Assembly: GCF_036971445.1 (NCBI RefSeq)
Contig: NC_091479.1
Coordinates: 8,060,001 to 8,124,000 of the forward strand
Origin: Narcine bancroftii
Lineage: Eukaryota
DNA length: 64,000 nucleotides
Reading direction: 5' to 3'
Positions 51,808-63,728 of the stretch are shown piece by piece. Below the pieces are notes generated by a model. That model was not told the DNA's origin. It saw only the letters and a list, made by a program, of their open reading frames with translations, and did not search any database. The position numbers and the translations under genes were made by a program. Each line of letters opens with the position of its first letter. The stretch's first letter is position 1.

Positions 51808-54800
51808 AAGAAATAGGCCATTCAGCCCATCGAGTCTGCCCCACCATTTAATCATGAGCTGATCCATTTCCCCACTGCCCGGCCTTCTCCCCATAACCTT
51901 TGATGCCCTGGCTAATCAAGAACCTATCAATCTCTGCCTCAAATCCACCCAATGACCTGGTCTCCACCTCCACCTGTGGCAACAAATTCCACAGATTTAC
52001 CAACCTCTGGCTGAAGAAATCCTTCCACATCTCTGTTCTAAGTGGATACCCTTCAATCCTCGAAAGGTTTCAATGAGATATACCCCCCACCCTCCATTCT
52101 CCTAAATTCCATTGAGTACAGGCCAATACACGAAACATAAGAAACAACAGCAGGAATAGGCCATTTGTGCTGTCGAGCCTACTCTACCATTCAATGAGGG
52201 CATGAATCCAGATCCACACACCATTTTTCTATTATTTATCTACGTCTTAAATACATTCGACAAACGAGATGTGCTCCACACCAGGGTCATGCCTAGCGCG
52301 GAATGCCACACTGACCACCGGCTGGTTCGCTGCAAGCTCAACCTTCACTTCAAGCCAAAGCCCAGGAACAATAAAGCCCCCAGAAAGAGGTTCAATGTTG
52401 GAAACCTGCAGTCAGACGAAGCGAGAGGAAACTTCCAGGCAAACCTCAAAGCAAAGCTCGACGATGCAACCCGCCTCACGGACCCGTCCCCTGAAACCCT
52501 CTGGGATCAGTTGAAGACTACCATACTGCAATCCACTGAAGAGGTACTGGGCTTCTCCTCCAGGAAAAACAAGGACTGGTTTGACGAAAACAGCCAGGAA
52601 ATCCAGGAGCTGCTGGCAAAGAAGCGAGCTGCCCACCAGGCTCACCTTACAAAGCCGTCCTGTCCAGAGAAGAAACAAGCCTTCCGTTGCGCATGCAGCC
52701 ATCTTCAGCGCAAACTCCGGGAGATCCAAAATGAGTGGTGGACTAGCCTCGCCAAACGAACCCAGCTCAGCGCGGACATTGGCGACTTCAGGGGTTTCTA
52801 CGAGGCTCTAAAGGCTGTGTACGGCCCCTCACCCCAAGTCCAAAGCCCGCTGCGCAGCTCAGATGGCAAAGTCCTCCTCAGCGACAAGATCTCCATCCTC
52901 AACCGATGGTCAGAACACTTCCAATCTCTTTTCAGTGCCAACCGCTCAGTCCAAGATTCCGCCCTGCTCCAGCTCCCTCAACAGCCCCTAAGGCTAGAGC
53001 TGGATGAGGTTCCCACCCTGGATGAGACATATAAGGCAATCGAACAACTGAAAAGTGGCAAAGCAGCAGGTATGGATGGAATCCCCCCAGAAGTCTGGAA
53101 GGCTGGCGGCAAAACTCTGCATGCCAAACTGCATGAGTTTTTCAAGCTTTGTTGGGACCAAGGTAAACTGCCTCAGGATCTTCGTGATGCCACCATCATC
53201 ATCCTGTACAAAAACAAAGGCGAGAAATCAGACTGCTCAAACTACAGGGGAATCACGTTGCTCTCCATTGCAGGCAAAATCTTCGCTAGGATTCTACTAA
53301 ATAGAATAATACCTAGTGTCGCCGAGAATATTCTCCCAGAATCACAGTGCGGCTTTCGCGCAAACAGAGGAACTACTGACATGGTCTTTGCCCTCAGACA
53401 GCTCCAAGAAAAGTGCAGAGAACAAAACAAAGGACTCTACATCACCTTTGTTGACCTCACCAAAGCCTTCGACACCGTGAGCAGGAAAGGGCTTTGGCAA
53501 ATACTAGAGCGCATCGGATGTCCCCCAAAGTTCCTCAACATGATTATCCAACTGCACGAAAACCAACAAGGTCGGGTCAGATACAGCAATGAGCTCTCTG
53601 AACCCTTCTCCATTAACAATGGCGTGAAGCAAGGCTGTGTTCTCGCACCAACCCTCTTTTCAATCTTCTTCAGCATGATGCTGAACCAAGCCATGAAAGA
53701 CTCCAACAATGAAGACGCTGTTTACATCCGGTACCGCACGGATGGCAGTCTCTTCAATCTGAGGCGCCTGCAAGCTCACACCAAGACACAAGAGAAACTT
53801 GTCCGTGAACTACTCTTTGCAGACGATGCCGCTTTAGTTTCCCATTCAGAGCCAGCTCTTCAGCGCTTGACGTCCTGCTTTGCGGAAACTGCCAAAATGT
53901 TTGGCCTGGAAGTCAGCCTGAAGAAAACTGAGGTCCTCCATCAGCCAGCTCCCCACCATGATTACCAGCCCCCCCACATCTCCATCGGGCACACAAAACT
54001 CAAAACGGTCAACCAGTTTACCTATCTCGGCTGCACCATTTCATCAGATGCAAGGATCGACAATGAGATAGACAACAGACTCGCCAAGGCAAATAGCGCC
54101 TTTGGAAGACTACACAAAAGAGTCTGGAAAAACAACCAACTGAAAAACCTCACAAAGATAAGCGTATACAGAGCCGTTGTCATACCCACACTCCTGTTCG
54201 GCTCCGAATCATGGGTCCTCTACCGGCACCACCTACGGCTCCTAGAACGCTTCCACCAGCGTTGTCTCCGCTCCATCCTCAACATCCATTGGAGCGCTTA
54301 CATCCCTAACGTCGAAGTACTCGAGATGGCAGAGGTCGACAGCATCGAGTCCACGCTGCTGAAGATCCAGCTGCGCTGGATGGGTCGCGTCTCCAGAATG
54401 GAGGACCATCGCCTTCCCAAGATCGTGTTATATGGCGAGCTCTCCACTGGCCACCGTGACAGAGGTGCACCAAAGAAAAGGTACAAGGACTGCCTAAAGA
54501 AATCTCTTGGTGCCTGCCACATTGACCACCGCCAGTGGGCTGATAACGCCTCAAACCGTGCATCTTGGCGCCTCACAGTTTGGCGGGCAGCAACATCCTT
54601 TGAAGAAGACCGCAGAGCCCACCTCACTGACAAAAGGCAAAGGAGGAAAAACCCAACACCCAACCCCAACCAACCAATTTTCCCCTGCAACCGCTGCAAT
54701 CGTGTCTGCCTGTCCCGCATCGGACTTGTCAGCCACAAACGAGCCTGCAGCTGACGTGGACTTTTTACCCCCTCCATAAATCTTCGTCCGCGAAGCCAAG

Positions 54801-54990
54801 CCAAAGAAAAAATACATTCAATGAGGTCACCTCCACTGCTTCCTTGGGCAGTGAATTCCACAGATTCACTCCCCTCTGGGAGAAGCAGTTTCTCCTCATC
54901 TCTGTCTTACCCCCTCAAATCTTGAGGCTACGTCCCTTGTCCTGGACCCATCAGCCAGCGGAAACAACCTTCCTATCTTGACTATTCCTT
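51808..54990 (-). mobile_element. Two CR1-type tail fragments; the second is interrupted by RTE copy 2
   Basis: FFSQRLVNLWN remnant. TCTTAAATACATTC|AATGAGG..CTCCACTGC..GAATTCCACAGATTCAC is continuous once the RTE is removed. Confidence 0.7.
52259..54809 (+). mobile_element. RTE-clade LINE, 5'-truncated copy 2 with uninterrupted ORF (end of APE endonuclease, full RT, Zn finger)
   Basis: ORF 52202..54754: TDHRLV, NYRGITLL, QCGFR, FVDLTKAFDTV, QGCVLAP, LFADD. 10-bp TSD AAATACATTC at 52249-52258 and 54810-54819. Confidence 0.94.
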
Positions 54991-55789
54991 ATGTCATCCT
55001 TTGTGTAATTTGGAGTTTAAAAAGATGAAGCCGATTTCAGCCATTGAGATCCATGCCGCCCAATTACACCCGATTTACCTACAATACCAGTCTGTCCAGA
55101 AGGGTGTGTCATTTGCGAGGTTCTCTTGTGGTCTGTTATTTAATCCCTTGCCACTTGTACCACGTGTCACCGGTGTTGCACAGCTGACTATGTGCCTACC
55201 CTCCCCTTTGCCTTCCGGATTGTACAGGAGCGTTCAGCCCTGGCTGATCTTTAGTGGCAACTTGATCACACCACACCTCTTGGAAGGTGGGAGCACCTGG
55301 AGGAAACCCACACGGACATGGAGAGGATGTACAAACTCCTTCAAGCCAGCGCTGGATTCCAACCCCGGTCACATCGCCCTAGCTGTACACCAACCGGGCC
55401 ACCCAATGAAATCCTTTGGTTTTCCACTCCTGGCTTTTCACCCTGTTCTTCATTCTCTATTTAAGTAAAACCTGCATCACTCTGTCCCACATTTATCTTC
55501 ACAGTTCAAATTTAGCTTGTCTGTACAGCCTAGAGACAGCTGAAATAACATCTTCCCTTCCCATTAATGAATCATTTCCATTGACTCCAGTTTATTTGTG
55601 ATTTCCAAGCTGAATTTAGTTATTCCTTCATTCCAAGCAGGTTCAGATTAAGCCTGACTGAAAGAGTGAATGAGTGAGAACTCCTCAGCATTTCCTCCTT
55701 GTAAACAGACAGGAACCTGCAGAGCCGACAGAGGGATATTTTCCCTCAGGGGCACTGGAGTACATTCAATTAACATCATTGTCCCGATA

Positions 55790-56090
55790 CACAGGGTGAG
55801 TGGTAGTGTGGGTAGTGGGCCCAGTGCCTCCCTGGTGCTACCTGCGTGGAGTTTGCACATTCTCCCTGTGACTAGGTGGGCTTTCCTCTGGATGCTCCGG
55901 TTTCTTCCCACATCCCAAAGGGCATGCAAGTTGAAAGGCTAATTGTCTGCTGTAAGTGACCCTCAGTATGTAGGTGAGTGGCAGAGGCTGGGGGGAAGTT
56001 GTTGAACTTGTGGGGAGAATGAGAAAAGGGATGAATATAGTATGATGTGGACTCAACAGGTCGAAGGGCCTCTCTCTGTGCTCTACCTCG
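55790..56090 (+). mobile_element. V-SINE
   Basis: GTGGAGTTTGCACATTCTCCCTGTG...CTCCGGTTTCTTCCCACATCCCAAAG core, CR1-like tail CGAAGGGCCT. Confidence 0.75.
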
Positions 56091-56375
56091 ATAACTCGAT
56101 GAGCTTTGGAACCAATGTTATCCTGACGTTAATCTCAGATCTCATTGGTCTCCGCTCTGTTCTCGCTGCTGCCATCACGAAAGAGGTGTAGGTGCCACAA
56201 GACTCGCACCACCAGGTTCAGGAACAGCTGCTCCCCCTCCACCATCAGACTCCTCAACTCAATCAGAGATTCATTTAAAGACTGCCTCACTCTGTTCCAA
56301 GTTTGTCTTATTATTTATTATTGAATATTTATTTTCTGTATTACACAGTCAGCTTGCCCTTCTTTCTTCGTTGAC

Positions 56376-56612
56376 AGGGTGGCACAGATATTGTAGTGGT
56401 GAGGGCAACACTGTTATCATGCCAACAACCCGGGTTCAAATCCGGAAACATAGGTAAGGTCATTGTATATTCTCCCTGTGTCTGTGTGGATTTTCTCCGG
56501 TTTCCTCCCATCCTTCAAATTGTAGTGGGGTTGTAGGTCAATTGGGTGTAATTGGGCGGCATGGGCTCAGGGGTCGGAAGGGCCTGTTACCGTGCCGTGT
56601 CTAAAAATAAAA
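56376..56612 (+). mobile_element. V-SINE inserted in a Rex1-like tail
   Basis: B box GGTTCAAATCC at about 56433, V core, tail GAAGGGCCTGTTACCGTGC. Confidence 0.7.
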
Positions 56613-58499
56613 TTCCTCTCTTTTGTACAGGTATCTTTACTTGAGCCCAGTTTTTTTGTTGCACTATGAATTAGTGGTAATTCTGCCTGGCCCGCAGGAA
56701 AAGGGAATCTCAGGGTTGTATGTGATGTCATGTATTAATCTGAACTTTGAACTTCCTGCACCACATTGGGATAAAGGCAGTGGGGATTGGTCCAAGCAAA
56801 GAAGATACAGATACATACATTTCTCAATATTAATTTTACCTCACTACCTGGTCTAACTCTCTGAATGTAACCTGCAACCTTGCTGTGTAGTAGTGACTGC
56901 GAATTTACACATTCCACTTCTGTTACCATTGTCATTTACAGATGAGTGATGAGATGGCCTGCTGCAGAGTGTGGAGCATACAACTGCTGGTCTTTGGTCC
57001 TTACTCAGACCATCCTCTTCCTTTCTTCATGGTCACTCCTTTCTGGATGTTTCCCAAGGGCAAAACACCTTGAGAGGGCAGGGCTTAAACAAGAATTTCA
57101 AATTCCTGGGTGTCAACATTTCCAAGGATCCGTCCTGGACCTCCATGTCGATGTAATCAGAAGGAAGGTTCGCCAGTGGCTATACTCCATGAGAAGTTTG
57201 AGGAGATTTGGTCTGTCACCAACGATTCTCAAAAACCTCTACAGGTGTACTGTGGAGAGCATTTTGGCTGGTTGGATCACTGACTGGTATGGAGGCGCTA
57301 ACAATCAGAGGGTTGTTAACTCGGCCTGCGACTTCACTCCATCAAGGACATCTACATGAGGAGGTGTCTTATGAAAGCAGCCTCTATCCTCAAGGACCCC
57401 CACCACCTAGCCATGCCACCATCACTCTGTCACCATTGGGGGAAAAAGGACCAGGAGCCTGAAGATGAGCACCCGGCAGCACAAGGACAACTTCTTCCCC
57501 ACTGCCATCAGATTCCTGAAAGGTCAATGAACCACAGACACTGCCTGAAAAAAATGTAGACATACAGCATGAGAAGCAGGCCATTTCAGTCCACGAGTCT
57601 GTGCCATCCAATTAACCTAAACCCCCCCCCGGTATGTTTTGAACGGTGGGAGGAAATTGGAGCCCCCAGGGAAAACCCACGCAGACACGGGGAGAACGTA
57701 CAAACTCCTTACAGACTGTGTGGGATTCGAACCCTGGTTCCGTTCGCTGGCGATGTAACGGCGTCGTACTAACTGCTACACCAACCGTACCCCCCCCCTG
57801 AACTATTCTATTTATTTTATAAGGTGGTTATATAAATGTTTGCCCTGTGATGCTGCCACAAAGCAATGAATTTTGTGACATGTTCATGATATATTCTGAT
57901 TCTGTGGAGCAGAGGCCCTTGTGTACAAGCCCAACGATCCAGGAAGGTGGCAGAAGGCATGCCCGATACTCTTTCACACACCTCATTATCCAGGCATTGA
58001 CGAGTGGTCAGCATGGATGGGCCAAAAAGCTTGCTCCTGTACTGCAAGACTCTGACTTAAACCAGGTTAAGAACCAGATTGAGTGTCCTGCTGGGAAAGG
58101 CACAATTCGTCCTTATACCTCTCTACACACATAGATCGAAGGCAACACTGATTTCGTCTCATAGACTCGCATGGGACTGAAACTCCTGCCATTAAATGGC
58201 TTGCATTTCTGTAGCAGGCCACGGGGCTTCATGACCAATTAAGTACTTTTTAAAGAGGTCAACGTTGTAATGCAGAAAACAAGACTGTCTATTAATACAC
58301 ACCAACTACTGCCAGTAGGGGTCAAATATTGGTGATATAACTAAGGCTCACTGATCACTGGGGAGGGGAGGAAATGGCCCTAATCTTCAAAGTGGCCACA
58401 GTTTAGTGCCTCAGTGGCAAAACTGTCCCACTGAGCCTGAGCCCACAGCCCTTTGACTGAGGCTGGAGTGCGTCTCCCGTTCTCCGCTGTCAAACCGCA

Positions 58500-58780
58500 C
58501 AGGCTCAACTTCAGGAGTGAAGGGCACCCATTGAACACAGAGATGAGGAGGAATTGCTTTTACCAGGGAGTGATGAACCTCTGGAACTTGCTGCCACAGG
58601 CAGCTTGTTGGGTGTATACAAGGCAAAGATTGATAGCTATCTGAATAGTCAGGGTATCAAAGATTCTGGGGAGTAGACAGGGGAGTGAGATTGATCCGCT
58701 TATGATGGAATGACGGTGCAGGCGCAGACTTGATGGGCCAAATGGCCTGCTCTGTTCCTATATCCTCAGGTCTTATCTCC
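58500..58780 (+). mobile_element. CR1-type 3' fragment
   Basis: NFRSEGHPLNTEMRRNCFYQGVMNLWNLLP; same tail as 5310-5700. Confidence 0.7.
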
Positions 58781-59299
58781 TTCATTATAAAAGAGAACAA
58801 TATTCCCCCTCCTACAGATGTTGTTTTAGTTGGGATGGATCTTGTTTCTGGATTTCATTTTAAATTGGAACAACTGAGCTATTTTTGAGCTGGCTGATGC
58901 AATCCTTGGATTTATCCAGCTTCAAAACATTTCAGGATTAGCTCAACTTCCAACTCCCTGATGATTTCACTTCTGCCTCCACGAAATGGATTTTATTCCT
59001 TTTATTTAATCTGTCAACAGTTTTCCTAAGGCACCATTGATTCTATCTCAGATGACACTACTTTCTCAAGATGCTGTTCCAAGCACTGATAAAAATCAAT
59101 AACTCTTAAACTCAATCTTAAATTTACTCTTGGATTGAATCTCTGTCTTCTGGCCATCTCTCATTCTTCACAACCCCAATCCTGTGTTGGCTCTGACTCC
59201 ATAACTCTCATCTGTGAGTCAGGAGGCAGTGGGCTCAACTCCACCCCAGAGATCTGAGCACAAAAGTCCAGACTAATGTAGTACAGAAGTCTGCAGTCA

Positions 59300-60150
59300 C
59301 CGTGGTTGACGTAAAAACTACAATGGTCGTCGGACTCATCAATGAGTCGCCCTGCAGAGAAGAGGTGGAAAATCTCGTGATGTGATGCAAGAGTAACAAC
59401 CTGAGACTCAGCGTGGATAGGACGAAGGAGATGATCGTGGACATCAGGAGGACCAGGAACGACCATCCTCCACTACACATCAACAACTCTGAAGTGGAGA
59501 GAGTGGAGAGCACCAGGATCCTTGGGGTTCACTTAACTAGTGACCTATCATGGACACTCAACATCTCCTCATTTGTCTGGAAGGCACAACCAGTGACTGC
59601 ACTTCCTGAGAAGACTGAGGTGGGCAAGGCTCCCGGCCACCATCATGTCAACCTTCTACAGGGACTCTATTGAGAGTGTCCTGGCCAGGTGAATCACAGT
59701 GCGGTACGGTTACTGCAGAAAAATGGATTGGTGATCAATCCACAGAGTGGCAGAGAGGATCACTGGAGTCTCCCTCTCCACCATCAAACCAGCTCCCGTT
59801 GTCTGAAGATGGCGTGCAAAATCACTGATGACCTCTTCCACCCTGCACACAGCATCTTTCAGCTGCTCCTGTCGGGAGGATCAGAGCCAGTACCACCAGG
59901 CTGAGGAACAGCTTCTTCCCACGAGCAGTGAAATTGCTGAACGACCAAAGGAACTGCTCACACTGACCCTCCGAGACTCTCATGTTCCCGAAATGATATT
60001 TACTTATTTATGTATCTATGAATACTTGTCCTGCCTGTGTATTGTTTGTCTGTGTGTTATGTCTGGTTGTGTGTCTGCGTGTTTTGCCATGAGGACCGGA
60101 GAACGCTGTTTCATCGAATTGTACTTGTACAGTCAGATGACCATAAACTT
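59300..60150 (+). mobile_element. Rex1/Babar-like LINE 3' fragment
   Basis: TKEMIVDIRRTRNDHPPLHINNSEVERVESTRILGVHLTSDLSW...KAQ; tail ending AAACTTGAC. Confidence 0.8.
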
Positions 60151-60154
60151 GACC

Positions 60155-60826
60155 ACACTGGAGAAAACCAGCAGGTCAAACAGTGCAGTTTTATGATAAA
60201 GATACATAACCAATGTTTCAAGCTTTTACCCTTTATTAAGGTATGAAAAAATGTTGGCAGGCACCCGATCAACATGGTGTGGGAGGGTAGGGGACGTGCA
60301 GGTTCTGACAGGTAATAGGGAGGGCAAACCAGCAAACAAGGGGAGGGGGATGGCTCTGTGAATAGAGAGGGAAGGGGATCTCCCAGTGGCCAACCACTTC
60401 ATTTCTGCACCCCACTCCCATGCTCACACATTCGTCCAAGGCCTCGTGTAGTATCCCATCAAGTCCACCGTAAACTGGAGGAACAACACACTAGGCCCTC
60501 TCCAACCGGATGACTTCTCCGGTTTCTACTAGCCTACTCTCCGTTTTCTCTCCCTTCTCCATCCCTCTGTCATCTTCCCTCTAGCTCTCCATCCCCTTCC
60601 CTCTCCATTCACAGAACCATCCCCCTGCCCCCTGTTTACTGGTGTGCCTTCTCTCCCTTATCCACCTATTACCTCCTGCCCTGTGGGACCGAGCTCCTAC
60701 CCCCCCCCCCACCATTTTGTTCAGGTGCCTGCCGACATTTTCTTCAGACCTCGATGAAGGGCTCAAGCCCGAAACGTTGGTTCTGTATCTTTATCCTTGC
60801 TACATAAAGGACACTGCTTGGCCTGC
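60155..60826. mobile_element. Penelope-derived fold-back element
   Basis: About 220-bp arms (60155-60380 and 60590-60826) are imperfect inverted copies flanking a GIY-YIG C-terminal remnant (DLPVANHF..KLEEQH). Confidence 0.8.
60746..60784 (+). ncRNA. Minimal type-I hammerhead-ribozyme-like motif in Penelope tail
   Basis: GACC-TCGATGA-A-GGGC(TCAA)GCCC-GAAA-CG-TT-GGTT: stem I, a CUGANGA variant, perfect stem II, GAAA and palindromic ACGT. The core deviates from canonical. Confidence 0.5.
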
Positions 60827-62699
60827 ATTGGTACAGATGGATCTCTCCTCCATGGGAAGTGATGCCAAGCTAATGTTTAAAACCAAGCCCTAACTGTTCA
60901 TCCAGGAGGCTGTGGAAGATGAAAGGCATTTCAAAGGTAAATTATCGCGGGGCGTCAATGTAATGACAGCAACTCATCTAATCATTATTTTGTTGAGATC
61001 TATGAGAGCTTGCGCTTCACATATTGCTTCCTACAACAGTGACTTTAATTCCAAAGTATTTCATTCCCCTCAATGATCTTTGGAATTTCAGAAGCGTTAC
61101 ATCTCAATGCAAGTCCCTTTCATGGCTGGTGAACATTGTTGAGGTCTTCTGCAAGTCCAAGAGATTACGAGAGGCATAGGTTGGGAATATCATCAAAATC
61201 ACTTTCCCATGACTTAAAAAAAATTGAACATGCCCCTGCACTGCCCAATTACACCCCATTGACCTACAACCCCTGGTAGGTTTTGGAGGGTGGGAGGAAA
61301 CTGAAGCCCTTAGAGTAAACCCACGCAGATGTGGGGAGAACGTACAAACTCCTCACAGGCAGTGTGGGATGCGAGCCCTGGTCACTGGCTCTGTATCGGT
61401 GTTGTGCTGACCGTGCCGCCCTGACCAAGGGGGCATCAGGGGAGAGTAAGGGGTTTGAAAGGGGATTTGAGGGTAATTTATTTTCCCCCAGCAGAGAGTG
61501 GGTGATGTCTGGACTTGCTGCCAGAGGAGGTAGTGGAATTAAATGCAGTCAGTATGTTTAGGAAGCCTTTAAATAGGCAAGGCTAACGATTTGACGCTAA
61601 TGTGGGTAAATGGGATAAGTGGAGAAAGACAAAAAGGACAGCATGGATGTGGTGGGCCAAACAGCCTGTTTCTGTGCTGTACAACTCCCCAAGACTTTAA
61701 CAAATTATTCAAAAATGTCTGGGACAAAAAGGATTAGCTGGTCCATCAATCCTACCCCACATTCACAAAACAGAACACTACAGCCAGGGACTTGCACTTC
61801 AATAAGGTAGCTAAATTATATAACAAACTCATTTGCAAGGGTAATGGATCGCCAGATGCAACAAATAGCTCTCTGCTGGTTGAGAAGTTGATTCGTTTCA
61901 GTGACAGATATTTGCCAGAGAGAACTCTCGTGTTTGTTGAAATTTTGCGGGAGACATCTGCCACACTGAGTAAGCTGATGGGGAGGGAGGGTGGGGGGGG
62001 GGATGTTAGAGGAAAGGGGGAGAGAGGATAGTGATAAAAAAGAGAAAGAGAGAGAAAAAGAGAGAGAGAGAACTACCCCGTTAAACCACGTTGATGCATC
62101 TATATTCAGACAATGAAGGGTTTAAGCAAATCTGAGTCATGTTGCAAAATAAGTTCAACGTTCGAGAAAACGGCATTATTTGTGGTTGAAATCCACGCAG
62201 ACAGGCAATTAACAGCAAGGCAGGGGAAGATGACACTGGGTATTGGTGCCAGGAAGGGATTCAATTACTCCTTATGTTTATTCTTTCAATGGATGAGGAC
62301 ATTGCTGGCAAGTCTAGAGTTTGTTGCCCAACCCCAGATGGCTGGCGGTGAGCTGCCTTCCCGAACCATCTCCGAGGGAAGGTCTCCCACGTTCCCACCA
62401 GGGAGGTGAGGAGGGGGTTCCGGGCTTTACACCCAGTGGTATGCAGGACCAGTGATGCATTTCCAAATCAGGATGGTGTACTTGGAGGGGATTCTGCACG
62501 AGGTGGTGTTCTCACGTGCCTACTGTCTTTGTCTTCTGTCACACAGGGATAATGGGTTCAGGAGGATGTTGGAGTAGTTAAAGCAAGTACCTGCTGCGCT
62601 GGCTCTGGAGACAGGGAATAGGCCGTTCAAAACTGACCCAAACTGTTCAGTCTAGGTCAGGTGAGTGTGCAGATCTCCATGATCCAATCACCCTCTCTC

Positions 62700-63060
62700 T
62701 GGGCAGTGAGCACAAGAGCCAGGATGTAATTTTACAGCTGGGTAAGATGATGTTGGGACCACATCAGAAATATGGTGTGCAGCTCTGCCTGATGCATTGC
62801 AGGAAGCAGGCAATTATGTTGGAGAGGGTGCAGAAAGGATTCACAAGTAGGTTGGCAAGACTGGAGGGCTTGAGTTGCAAGCAGAGCCCGGACAGGCAGC
62901 AACTGATTTCCCTACACCAGAGGAAGGTAGAGGGAACATGTACATGGATAAGTGTGGGGGTGTCGGCAAAACACAGGCAAAGGTTACAAGGTCAGGTTGA
63001 CACTCTGGTCGGCATGGAGGAGTGGGGAAAAATGCCTGTTTCTGCCTGAATGACTCTACA
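62700..63060 (+). mobile_element. Old CR1-type fragment
   Basis: KYGVQLC...LERVQKGFT remnant. Confidence 0.55.
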
Positions 63061-63201
63061 AAGATTCACATCATTGATACAAACGGCAACAATACAGCTG
63101 TGAGGTACCAAGGACGGTTTCCCCAAGGAGACACTAGTTCAGGGTCGTAGAGCAGAGCCAGCAGATGTCCTCCACACTCTAAACCAGTACAGGTCAGTCA
63201 T

Positions 63202-63728
63202 GTATCACAGGCAGTACGGGGTAGAGGTGTATCACAGGCATACAGTGTACTGGTGTATCACAGGCAGTACGGGGGTAGAGGTGTATCACAGGCATACAGT
63301 GTACTGGTGTATCACAGGCAGTATGGGGTAGAGGTGTATCACAGGCATAGAGTGTACTGGTGTATCACAGGCAGTACGGGGTAGATGTGTATCACAGGCA
63401 GTACGGGGTAGAGGTGTATCACAGGCATACAGTGTACTGGTGTATCACAGGCAGTACGGGATAGAGGTGTATCACAGGCATAGAGTGTACTGGAGTATCA
63501 CTGGCAGTGCGGGGGTAGAGGTGTATCACAGGCAGTACAGGGTAGAGGTGTATCACAGGCAGTACGGGGTAGAGGTGTATCACAGGCAGTGCTGGGGTAG
63601 AGGTGTATCACAGGCATAGAGTGTACTGGTCAATCACAGGCAGTATGGAGTAGAGGTGTATCACAGGCAGTACGGGGTAGAGGTGTATCACAGGCAGTAC
63701 GGGGTAGAGGTGTATTACAGGCAGTATG
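63202..63728. repeat. Two-variant 26-28-bp minisatellite, about 19 units
   Basis: Constant GTGTATCACAGGCA followed by GTACGGGGTAGAG or TA(C/G)AGTGTACTG. Confidence 0.92.

Noticed and set aside
56376-56450. tRNA gene (B box GGTTCAAATCC)
   Set aside because: No cloverleaf; it continues directly into a V-SINE core, so it is a SINE head.
61790-62260. Unique-looking sequence as a conserved non-coding element or exon
   Set aside because: No homology, splice pair or motif cluster that I can support without alignments.
63202-63728. CRISPR-like repeat-spacer appearance
   Set aside because: The spacers are 12-14 nt and only two recurring types; there are no cas genes and the context is a vertebrate genome. 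It is a minisatellite.
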